The position numbers were made by a program, and so were the translations under genes. Shown piece after piece: positions 18,105 through 26,615 of a DNA stretch of 64,000 bases. This DNA comes from a bacterium (lineage in GTDB: Bacteria; Hinthialibacterota; Hinthialibacteria; Hinthialibacterales; Hinthialibacteraceae), in NCBI GenBank assembly GCA_963662285.2, contig CAXXMV010000002.1, positions 1,024,001 through 1,088,000 of the forward strand, in the 5' to 3' direction. Position 1 is the first letter of the stretch. Each line of letters opens with the position of its first letter. The notes beneath the pieces were generated by a model, which saw only the letters and a program-made list of their open reading frames with translations, searched no databases and had not been told where the DNA came from.

Positions 18105-19910
18105 ATGTTTTTATATAAACTCAACATAACAGCCATCCTGGGAGCAATAATAATAGTAACCTGTTGCATTCAAACCAACTTATCTGCTACCGAAAATGCT
18201 GATATATCCATAATCGGCTTATACCCAACTAATATAAGTACTTATCGCAGCGCTGTCAGCCCTATTTTTGTTTTTGAATACCAATCGGAATGGATAAAGC
18301 CTCAATCACCCGATATCCTTATCAATACAGATAAATTGCAATTAAAAAACTGGAGCGCTTATTGGCATATAATCAATCAAAATCAAGAACGCGTCCAATT
18401 ACCCAAAACAGGCCAGCCTATCAAAATCGACGGCGTCTTCAAATTACAATGTCATCTGCAATATTCGGGTAGTTTACATAAAGAAGCATTAGACGCATGG
18501 TACAAGGATAATCCCAATTCTTTACCAAAAGACATCCCTTTTCCCGATAAAAATCTTCAGCAATCCTTCCGCCCGGAAGTCCTACTGGTTCCGGCGCAGG
18601 GAGTTTCAATCCCACGGCGTCATCCCAAGCCATCGCTTATTTCATGGATTTTCGGCGCCAGAACGCCTAAACGTGTTCAACCTGACAGTAAAACGCCTCC
18701 AAATGTGGTTATGATCCTGGTCGATACCCTGCGTCGCGATCATACTCCTCCAGGTGGTCATCCGTTCATTGTTGCGCCGCATATAGATCAACTGGCTTCA
18801 CTGGGCGTTAATTTTTCTCAATCTTATGGCGCATCATCTTCGACCCGGCCAAGCGTTGGTTCAATCTTTACTGGTTTACAACCGAAAGCCCATGGCGCTA
18901 TCCGGCACGCCACTCAAGGCGCAGGACTGTTTCTCAATGCTCCCAGGCTGGCGGAAGCCTTTAAAAAATCCGGACATGACACCGCCGCTGTATCCAGTAA
19001 CGCCCAAGTCAGCCCCGCCTATGGTTTCAACTGGGGATTTGATACATTTCTCAGTTCTGTCTGGGAATCCCAGGTTTCGCTCAAAGGCGTCGAACAACTA
19101 AAAACACTGGATGAACCATTCTTCCTCTACCTCCATTACATGGGCCCTCATCAGCCCTACGAACCCGCCTATCCCTGGAAGGGAATGTATAAAGGATATC
19201 ATGCCCACGCCGAACAAGACGCCTACGCCGCTGAAATCACCCAGGAAGATCACCAGATAGGCGCCATTATTAAAGAACTGGCTCAACAAGGCCTGCTTGA
19301 CCGAACCATAATATGGCTGGTTTCCGATCATGGTGAAGAATTCTGGGAACATGGCTGGAATGGACACGGCGCCAACCTGTTCGAGGAATCCATTCAGACC
19401 GTATCAATTTTGTCTGCTCCTAACTTGATTCCCATAGGTGAAAGTATCGATACGCCGGTAACTCATGTGGATATTTTCCCCACGTTGTCAGAAATCTTCT
19501 CTTGGAAAAAGAATCCCATGGCTCACGGTCTAAGTTTAATGCCATTAATCAACCATCAATCCAGCGATGCATTCGCCAACCGCCCCCTATTCTTGCATCA
19601 TGGCGGCGGTAACAGCGACCAGCCTCATTTCTCAGACAAAGACGCCTTACTTCTTAATAAGAAGAAAATGGTCTGGTGGAACCAGAAGGATGAATGGGAA
19701 CTATATGACCTATCTACCGATCCGGGAGAAAAAAAGAACATTTATCAACCGAACGACTCTTTTATACAATCCGCGTCGCCATTGCTCGAAAAGCATCTGG
19801 CTGAATGCCAATCAATTGCTGATTCCATAAAAATGATGGATGAAAGTTTACCCGGCCTTACCCCACAGGAGATCGAAAACCTCAAAGCGCATGGCTATAT
19901 GCAGAAATAA
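18105..19910 (+). CDS. Sulfatase-like (alkaline phosphatase superfamily) protein with non-canonical Thr active-site motif
   Basis: PNVVMILVDTLRRDH, STRPSVGSIFTG, HYMGPHQPY, SDHGEEF..HG, ELYDLSTDPGE, LKAHGY tail. Confidence 0.8.
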   Translation: MFLYKLNITAILGAIIIVTCCIQTNLSATENADISIIGLYPTNISTYRSAVSPIFVFEYQSEWIKPQSPDILINTDKLQLKNWSAYWHIINQNQERVQLPKTGQPIKIDGVFKLQCHLQYSGSLHKEALDAWYKDNPNSLPKDIPFPDKNLQQSFRPEVLLVPAQGVSIPRRHPKPSLISWIFGARTPKRVQPDSKTPPNVVMILVDTLRRDHTPPGGHPFIVAPHIDQLASLGVNFSQSYGASSSTRPSVGSIFTGLQPKAHGAIRHATQGAGLFLNAPRLAEAFKKSGHDTAAVSSNAQVSPAYGFNWGFDTFLSSVWESQVSLKGVEQLKTLDEPFFLYLHYMGPHQPYEPAYPWKGMYKGYHAHAEQDAYAAEITQEDHQIGAIIKELAQQGLLDRTIIWLVSDHGEEFWEHGWNGHGANLFEESIQTVSILSAPNLIPIGESIDTPVTHVDIFPTLSEIFSWKKNPMAHGLSLMPLINHQSSDAFANRPLFLHHGGGNSDQPHFSDKDALLLNKKKMVWWNQKDEWELYDLSTDPGEKKNIYQPNDSFIQSASPLLEKHLAECQSIADSIKMMDESLPGLTPQEIENLKAHGYMQK

Positions 19911-19962
19911 ATCTTTAGCTTATCTATCATTCGGTTCGATAGATTAACATAGGAGATTTATT

Positions 19963-20238
19963 ATGAATTATAATATCAAGTCACCCATTTTCGGCAAAGT
20001 TGCTCCTATAACAAACGCTTTCAAGCCCATCGGCCAATGGAACAACATAGAAATCAAGTATATTGAACCCAATCTATGGGTGGGCGCCAATGGCGTAACC
20101 GTTCAAAATCAAGTAGATATAACCAAAATCGATGGCCTGAAACACAAATTAACCAATGGCGGAATTGCTCTGCAACGCAACGATTATAAAAAAGCTGCTT
20201 ACTACAAGAACATCCGAATCAAGCGGTTGCCGGATTAA
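19963..20238 (+). pseudogene. Truncated copy of the C-terminal part of the downstream DUF1080 gene (may still be expressed)
   Basis: IFGKVAP..NAFK.IG.WN..EIKY...LKHKL..GGIALQRNDYKKAAY.KNIRIK matches the 3' part of 20388-21023; has its own AGGAGA RBS and ATG. Confidence 0.65.
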
Positions 20239-20387
20239 TCCCTCTTGGAAAAGACTGTAGAACTTGAAAAAATACCAACAATTGGATACAACATCTGTTA
20301 ACCCTATATTAGATTCAGCTAAAATCCATTTTCTGTCTATTGATGGAAATGGTAAAAATAAACACCAAAAGGACATTGGAGGAGAAT

Positions 20388-21023
20388 ATGAGAATCAACA
20401 AACTTGCTTTACGCAATATCGGTCTTGCCATCTTGATCGCAGCTTTCGCCATACCGGTATTTGCTGCAGAAGAAGGTTTCGAACAAATCTTCAACGGAGA
20501 AAACCTGGATGGATGGATTATCCAGGGTATGGAAAAAGCAGCCCCTAAAATTGAAGAAGGCGGCGTCTTGAAAATTGGCGGTTGGGATTACTGGGCTGTC
20601 ATCACTAAGAAGGAATATGCCAATTTCATCCTTCGCTTCGATGTCAAATTCGATATAAAAGGCAACAGCGGCATTCTGATCCACACTCCGAAAAAAGAAG
20701 TATACAAATCTTCTTTCGAGATTCAGCTGGCCGATGATGAAGGTAAATCAACCGAAAATAAATGGCCGGGCGCTATTTTTGGTAAAGTCGCTCCTACCAA
20801 AAACGCTTTTAAAGCCATCGGCGAATGGAACAGCGTTGAGATCAAATACGACGATCCTAAAATCTGGGTTACTGTCAACGGTGAAGTCGTTCAGGACGGC
20901 GTTGATGTTTCCGCTATCGAAGGTTTGAAGCACAAACTCAAAAAAGGCGGCATCGCCCTGCAGCGCAACGATTACAAAAAAGCTGCTTATTTCAAGAACA
21001 TACGCATCAAAGAATTACCATAG
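20388..21023 (+). CDS. DUF1080 / 3-keto-disaccharide hydrolase family protein, secreted
   Basis: Signal peptide; IFNGENLDGW, GNSGI, FEIQL, GEWN, NG, GGIALQ, FKNIRIKEL; GGAGGAG RBS. Confidence 0.85.
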   Translation: MRINKLALRNIGLAILIAAFAIPVFAAEEGFEQIFNGENLDGWIIQGMEKAAPKIEEGGVLKIGGWDYWAVITKKEYANFILRFDVKFDIKGNSGILIHTPKKEVYKSSFEIQLADDEGKSTENKWPGAIFGKVAPTKNAFKAIGEWNSVEIKYDDPKIWVTVNGEVVQDGVDVSAIEGLKHKLKKGGIALQRNDYKKAAYFKNIRIKELP

Positions 21024-21086
21024 ATAACATATTACTAAACCACTGTAATCTTGATTAACGATTTTTTAGTGATCAATAGAAACGCC

Positions 21087-21123
21087 AAAGACGGACTTGA
21101 TTATTTTCGAGTCCGTCTTTTTT
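21087..21123 (+). terminator. Rho-independent terminator
   Basis: AAAGACGGACTTGA...TCGAGTCCGTCTTTTTT. Confidence 0.75.
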
Positions 21124-21167
21124 GGCTTTGTCGAATCGCGAATCAGAACGTTATTATGAAAACCAAT

Positions 21168-21359
21168 TTAGTTGGTAATAATAGCTTTGGCCGGACAGTT
21201 ATCGGCGCATTCTGAGCATTCGATGCAATTTTCTGTATCAATCTCGAATTTATATTTATCGATTAAGTCAGGAGAATCCTGGCCTTGAATGGCTTCTACT
21301 GGACAGATTTCGGCGCATAATCCGCATACAATACACTCTTTGGTTATTAAATATGACAT
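21168..21359 (-). CDS. 2[4Fe-4S] ferredoxin
   Basis: CIVCGLCAEICP and CIECSECADNCP motifs; AGAGGA RBS before ATG 21359. Confidence 0.9.
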   Translation of the reverse strand: MSYLITKECIVCGLCAEICPVEAIQGQDSPDLIDKYKFEIDTENCIECSECADNCPAKAIITN

Positions 21360-21522
21360 GTTTTCCTCTATAACTGATATCAATTCTGATACTTAATCCA
21401 GGGTATAATAGAAATTCTTCCATGCAGAGTTGCTGGAATACGGATGTAAACAGAGTAGACGAATTATTTTGATCTAATATACTGTATTTTCAATCTAATT
21501 TATATTTATTAAAGGTCATCAG

Positions 21523-23115
21523 ATGCAGCGAGTTACTTTTATAGCTTTGTATGACGAATATTGCCTTGGCGTCCGTTATATGTCATCAGTTCTACAGAAC
21601 GATGGACATCATGTTGATTTAATTATCTTTAAATCAGTCATTTCAATCACTCCCGGAGATGTGCCTCCTCCTGAAAAACAGGAAGACGGCGGTTATTACA
21701 GCATGTGCACCTACGTCTCTCCCAAGGAACTTGATCTGCTGCTGTATACGCTGAAAAAGCAAGACCCGCATATTGTGGGATTCTCTTTCACATCAGTTAG
21801 TTTTGGGCTGGCGAAATTCCTGACCCAGAAAGTACAGCAGGAATTGGGCGTCCCGGTGATATGGGGCGGGGTCGATTCTACGGTTAATATCCGGGAAAAT
21901 ATCAAGTATGCGGATATGGTTTGCGTTGGCGAGGGCGAGTATCCCATGCGCGACCTGGTTAGAGCCATGGATCGCGGCGCCGATGTTACCAATATCCCCA
22001 GCATCTGGGTTAAAAAAGATGGCCGGGTCTATGAAAACGCGGTAATGCAATTAGAGAAGAATCTGGATAATTATCCATTTCCTGATTATGAACTGCATAA
22101 TAAGACGGTTATTTTTGATAACGAAGTTCTTGAAGGCGCTTATCCGCCGGTAACCCACCTTTTCTCGAATTATATGGTAATGGCTACGCGGGGTTGTCCG
22201 TTCTCGTGCACCTACTGTTGCAGCGGACATTACCGGCAGATTTATAAGGGGCAGCGTCCGCTTCGCCGTCGTACGGTGGGCAATGTTCTTGATGAACTTG
22301 AATATATGATTGGTATGTGGCCCTGGCCAATAGAGCGCATCGAAATTTATGATGATGTACTGCCGGTGGATGATGAGTGGTTGGCTGAATTCGCTCCAAA
22401 ATACGCCAGCCGGATCGGGCTGCCTTTCTTCGGATATACTCATCCCAATGTGGGTAAACCGGAGAACCTTCGAGTACTCAAAGAGGCTGGCATTGATTAT
22501 CTGATTATGGGCGTTCAATCGGGCAGCCAGCGGGTGTTGAATGATTTTTACAACCGACGCCATAGCAAAGAGCGTACTATCAAAACCGCTCAGAATATCC
22601 TGGACGCCGACATTAAACTGGTCTGCGACTTTATCGGATACAATCCCTTGATCAAAGAACAGGATAATATCGAAACGCTGGATTTGATCTGTGATATTCC
22701 AAAACCCTGGGGCATTATTAAGTTTAATCCAATGGCGTTTTATGATAATTACCGCTTGACGGCCATCGCTGAAAAAGAAGGCATCATGGATCAGCTGGAG
22801 CGTCCCAAAGGGGTTCATGCATGGCAGGCCAAAATTACAAATGACCTGATCTTTTGGGAGTATATTCTCACCTTGGGTCATTTCGATGGATTTACTAAAG
22901 AGAAAATCATGGATATGGTCAACGACCGTTATTTGCGCGAAAATCCCATGATTCTTAAACAGATAGTGACCAATCTATATAAGGCCACCTATCAGGACAG
23001 CAACCCGGTGGTTAACAAGAACATGTATGTCCAGAAATTGCAGGCCGATTTGAACCAGGTAGAGAACTCGCGCGTGCTTCGAGCCTATAGAAAAGTGAAG
23101 AGCCTGGTCGCTTAA
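21523..23115 (+). CDS. B12-binding radical SAM protein
   Basis: LGVRYMSSVL, WGGVD, CVGEGE, TRGCPFSCTYC, YDDV, GVQSGS. Confidence 0.85.
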   Translation: MQRVTFIALYDEYCLGVRYMSSVLQNDGHHVDLIIFKSVISITPGDVPPPEKQEDGGYYSMCTYVSPKELDLLLYTLKKQDPHIVGFSFTSVSFGLAKFLTQKVQQELGVPVIWGGVDSTVNIRENIKYADMVCVGEGEYPMRDLVRAMDRGADVTNIPSIWVKKDGRVYENAVMQLEKNLDNYPFPDYELHNKTVIFDNEVLEGAYPPVTHLFSNYMVMATRGCPFSCTYCCSGHYRQIYKGQRPLRRRTVGNVLDELEYMIGMWPWPIERIEIYDDVLPVDDEWLAEFAPKYASRIGLPFFGYTHPNVGKPENLRVLKEAGIDYLIMGVQSGSQRVLNDFYNRRHSKERTIKTAQNILDADIKLVCDFIGYNPLIKEQDNIETLDLICDIPKPWGIIKFNPMAFYDNYRLTAIAEKEGIMDQLERPKGVHAWQAKITNDLIFWEYILTLGHFDGFTKEKIMDMVNDRYLRENPMILKQIVTNLYKATYQDSNPVVNKNMYVQKLQADLNQVENSRVLRAYRKVKSLVA

Positions 23116-23142
23116 GGCATCAGACATTAGGGAATTCAACCT

Positions 23143-24753
23143 ATGCAGACAGTTTCCTTTATATCATTGTACGACGATTTTTGTTTGGATCTCCGTTACG
23201 CCTCTTCGATGCTTAAGTTTGACGGGCATCGTTCTTATATCACCTTATTCAAGGGTATTCAGTACGTTGCGTCTGATATATCTTCGGTAGTCGAACATTG
23301 CCAGGATGGGGCGTATTATGGTTCGCGGGTGTGCGCCTCTACAACAGAAGTCAATCTGCTGCTGGAAAACCTGAAAAAACAGGCGCCGGATCTGGTGGTT
23401 GTCTTTTTCGCTTCTGTTAGCCATGGTCTGACGCAGTTCTTGACTAAAATCATCAAAAGCGAACTGAATAAACCGGTTCTATGGTGCGGCGCCGATTCAA
23501 CTTTCAGCCCGGCTGATAATATAGAGCATGTGGATATGCTTTGCATTGGTGAAGCCGAATATCCTATTCGCTATTTGGTTGATGCGATGGATAAAGGTCA
23601 AGATTCATCACTGGTGCATAGCATCTGGTCGAATAAGAATGGCGTTATCAAGCGCAACCAACTGATGGCGGTAGAAACAAATCTGGATAATCTACCTTTG
23701 CCGGATTTTGAACTTGCAGATAAGACGGTTATCTGTGATGATGAAATAATGTCGGCGCTTTATCCACCCCAAAGCAACCTCCTGACCAACCTGGTTATAA
23801 TGGCGAGCCGTGATTGTCAAGTTACCTGCCTCTATTGTGGAACGGCTCATGATGACCTCCTCTACCAGAATAACCAAGCAGTTCGGTTACGTTCGGTTGA
23901 TAGCGTCATCAATGAAATTAGATATAGGCTGCAAACCTGGCCGGGATCAGTGGAACGCATTGAATTCCATGATGTTGAATTTCCCCTTGATAGAGAGTGG
24001 ATTACTGAATTTGCCAGCCGTTACGCCACTGAAATAGCCCTGCCGTATTTTGGATTCGCCAAACCGAATCAGTGTGATGCTGAAGCGTATAAAATATTGC
24101 GTAATTCAGGCATGTTCGCCATGATTTTAAGGATTCCTTCTGGTAGTGAACGCGTCTTGAAAGAATTGTTTAAGCAGGATTATTCAAGAGAATGCATTCT
24201 GCGTACGGCTAATAATATCAATGATGCTGGAATTAAATTACTTTGTGAGTTTGTGAAAAATAATCCAATGGAAAGTGAATCTGAGAAGTTGGATACGCTG
24301 GATCTGATATGCGACCTGCCGCATGGATTCAGCGTGATTAACAACATTCCACTGACTTTTTATCAGAATTGTCGTCTTTGGCAAAAAGCGTCTGATTCAG
24401 GCGCCATTAGCTGCTTTGCTTTGACTGATGGCGAACATGTCATGCATGCGGTAGATGATGTGGATCACCTGTTCTGGGATTGTCTCTATAAATTAGTTCA
24501 ATTTGATGATTTCGATAAAGATTGCTTGAAGGATTTCATAAACGACGGTTATATGCGCGAGAAACCGTCTATTCTTGAAGAGATTGTAATTAATCTCTAC
24601 AAAACAACTTATATGGATGGCAATCCAATGGCGGATAAAGATAATTATGTTCAACAACTGCGTTGGAGGATTATGCATTCACAGAATTTATCCCGTACGC
24701 CTGTGGTGAAGAACATCCGCAAACTGGTTAATATTTTTGGAGTTCATAAATAG
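23143..24753 (+). CDS. Divergent paralog of the upstream B12-binding radical SAM protein
   Basis: Colinear with 21523-23115; SRDCQVTCLYC retains three Cys; several surrounding motifs are degenerate. Confidence 0.75.
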   Translation: MQTVSFISLYDDFCLDLRYASSMLKFDGHRSYITLFKGIQYVASDISSVVEHCQDGAYYGSRVCASTTEVNLLLENLKKQAPDLVVVFFASVSHGLTQFLTKIIKSELNKPVLWCGADSTFSPADNIEHVDMLCIGEAEYPIRYLVDAMDKGQDSSLVHSIWSNKNGVIKRNQLMAVETNLDNLPLPDFELADKTVICDDEIMSALYPPQSNLLTNLVIMASRDCQVTCLYCGTAHDDLLYQNNQAVRLRSVDSVINEIRYRLQTWPGSVERIEFHDVEFPLDREWITEFASRYATEIALPYFGFAKPNQCDAEAYKILRNSGMFAMILRIPSGSERVLKELFKQDYSRECILRTANNINDAGIKLLCEFVKNNPMESESEKLDTLDLICDLPHGFSVINNIPLTFYQNCRLWQKASDSGAISCFALTDGEHVMHAVDDVDHLFWDCLYKLVQFDDFDKDCLKDFINDGYMREKPSILEEIVINLYKTTYMDGNPMADKDNYVQQLRWRIMHSQNLSRTPVVKNIRKLVNIFGVHK

Positions 24754-24783
24754 GGGGCAATGATTTGGTTTCTGCTATTTGGA

Positions 24784-26262
24784 TTACTCGAAATTTTTAT
24801 ATAAAAGGTTAAATTCGTCAACGCTATATGGTTCACTCAGGATGATGTTCTCTATCTCTTTTATTGCAGGATTCTCGGCGCGGTTTATAAACAGCAGGCA
24901 TTTGCGGTTCTCGTTGGAATACCAGAATAGCCGTTCACGATCTTCAGTTGGAAAATAAGGGGAGATGCTTATTTCCATTGAACCGGGTAATTTATCGATA
25001 AAGTAGTAAGTGATCCCCTCAATGTTTAATTTATCGGCATCAATATGCTCCATGGGTAATGGAGTGCAGTAGACTATCATTTTAGCCTCTTCCATGCGTT
25101 GTTGCATCGGCGCCGCGCGTAATCCCGCTTGTTCTATAGCGTGGATCAACTGGATGCCGCAGGTTCCCCAGGTTTCTATCTTTTTTCGTTTGATACTGTC
25201 GTAGATGGCCTGAAACTCTTCATCGGTCCAATGTTCTTTTTTGAAGAAATGGGTGATATCTTCCTCCATTTGACGGCCTACCCATGATTGCATGCCTTTT
25301 GAACTATGTTGAGCGACCAGTTGAAAAGTCAGTAGGCCATTGTGGTAATTTCCCAGACTGCGCCAGGCATGAGTTGTGCGAAGCATGGCGGAAAACATTT
25401 GGTTGTCGCGTTGGCGCCAAAAGCCGGGATTTTTGATGTGATATAGGGCGTAGTGGTCTAAAGCCCTCTGGAACAGAGTCGTTGCTTCTTCAATGTGGTC
25501 ATTTTCCAATGCAATAAGACCTTGATCGACGGATTTCATGATGATCTGGCCTTGAACTCGATCATTCCAATACCAGGTTATGCTCCAAACCAGAGCTAAG
25601 ATGGGAAATACGATTAATATCCCCCGGATCAAATTTCTTTTGAATAACTGTTTCTCAGCGATGCGGTAGTAGATTTTAGAGATAGTGTCAGAACGACCAG
25701 AGCGGTGTTTCGGTATATTTATTTTGGGGAGTGATTTTTTAGGTAAAGAGGTAGAAGTGGTTTTTGCGGTTGTTTTATGAGTAGATAATGCAGCTTCGGT
25801 TTTTCTGGCGGCAGCGCTGGATTTCGGTATAGTATTTTTCCTGATTGTTTTACCTTCTGTTGAAATTGATCTTGATTTTGATGTAGGGTTTGTTTTTTGA
25901 GTTGTTTTTCCTGTGGTTTTGGAAATTGCATGTTTGGGTGATGAAGCTGTTTTACTTTGAGTAGTTGTCTTTTTTGCAGTTCCAGTTTTGGATTGAGTCG
26001 TTTTTTTAATGGGGGATTTTTTTTCAGGATTTGACTTAGTAATTGTCTTCTTCGCAGTACTTGGTTGATTGGCCAGGTTTTTTTTTGCGAGCGCCTTTTT
26101 TATCGCAGCAACTTTTTTCTCAGCATCAGTTTGGAATGTGGTAGTCTTTTTGACGGTGGATTTTTTTGCAGTTGTGCGAGTTTGTTGTTTGGCAGCGCCT
26201 GATTTAAGGGGAGCAGCCGGTTTCTTCTTTTCAATGTTCGAGTTGGAGGCATCCTCAGTCAT
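24784..26262 (-). CDS. Hypothetical single-pass membrane protein with Lys/Thr-rich N-terminal tail and helical (TPR-like) C-terminal domain
   Basis: About 190 aa of K/T/S/A-rich low complexity, TM GILIVFPILALVWSITWYW, then EEATTLFQRALD-type helices. Confidence 0.65.
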   Translation of the reverse strand: MTEDASNSNIEKKKPAAPLKSGAAKQQTRTTAKKSTVKKTTTFQTDAEKKVAAIKKALAKKNLANQPSTAKKTITKSNPEKKSPIKKTTQSKTGTAKKTTTQSKTASSPKHAISKTTGKTTQKTNPTSKSRSISTEGKTIRKNTIPKSSAAARKTEAALSTHKTTAKTTSTSLPKKSLPKINIPKHRSGRSDTISKIYYRIAEKQLFKRNLIRGILIVFPILALVWSITWYWNDRVQGQIIMKSVDQGLIALENDHIEEATTLFQRALDHYALYHIKNPGFWRQRDNQMFSAMLRTTHAWRSLGNYHNGLLTFQLVAQHSSKGMQSWVGRQMEEDITHFFKKEHWTDEEFQAIYDSIKRKKIETWGTCGIQLIHAIEQAGLRAAPMQQRMEEAKMIVYCTPLPMEHIDADKLNIEGITYYFIDKLPGSMEISISPYFPTEDRERLFWYSNENRKCLLFINRAENPAIKEIENIILSEPYSVDEFNLLYKNFE

Positions 26263-26615
26263 AGTCGTATATGAGTAATCAATCAGTTTTTTTGTTTGAA
26301 AATTGATTCTAGCATATTTCCGGCATGCAGAAGAGCATGATATTGATAATAATCAATATCTTCTAAAATTTAATTTCAGTTGAATTAGCATGTTTATTCC
26401 AAGAATTTCACTATGCAACATCAAATTATTTAATAATTGTGGTAAAATCAATGAGTGTTATTTTGAAATTATTTGCATTAATATGCTATGATTGTTTTGG
26501 GTGGGGATGGATTGGCGCTGATTATCAAGGATTTATGATTATGATGATAGGCATATCTTTGTTTTAGTTTTTTTTAATAATCCAGCTACTGGTTGATGCA
26601 ATAGTTGAAAGTGAT

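Noticed and set aside
22051-22881. 276-aa antisense ORF and other long shadow ORFs (28159-28917, 13953-14561, many inside rpoB/rpoC)
   Set aside because: They lie opposite or inside well-supported genes and show no recognisable motifs.
21168-24753. RiPP biosynthetic cluster around the radical SAM pair
   Set aside because: No precursor peptide, RRE/SPASM domain, peptidase or exporter is visible; the small neighbouring gene is a typical ferredoxin.
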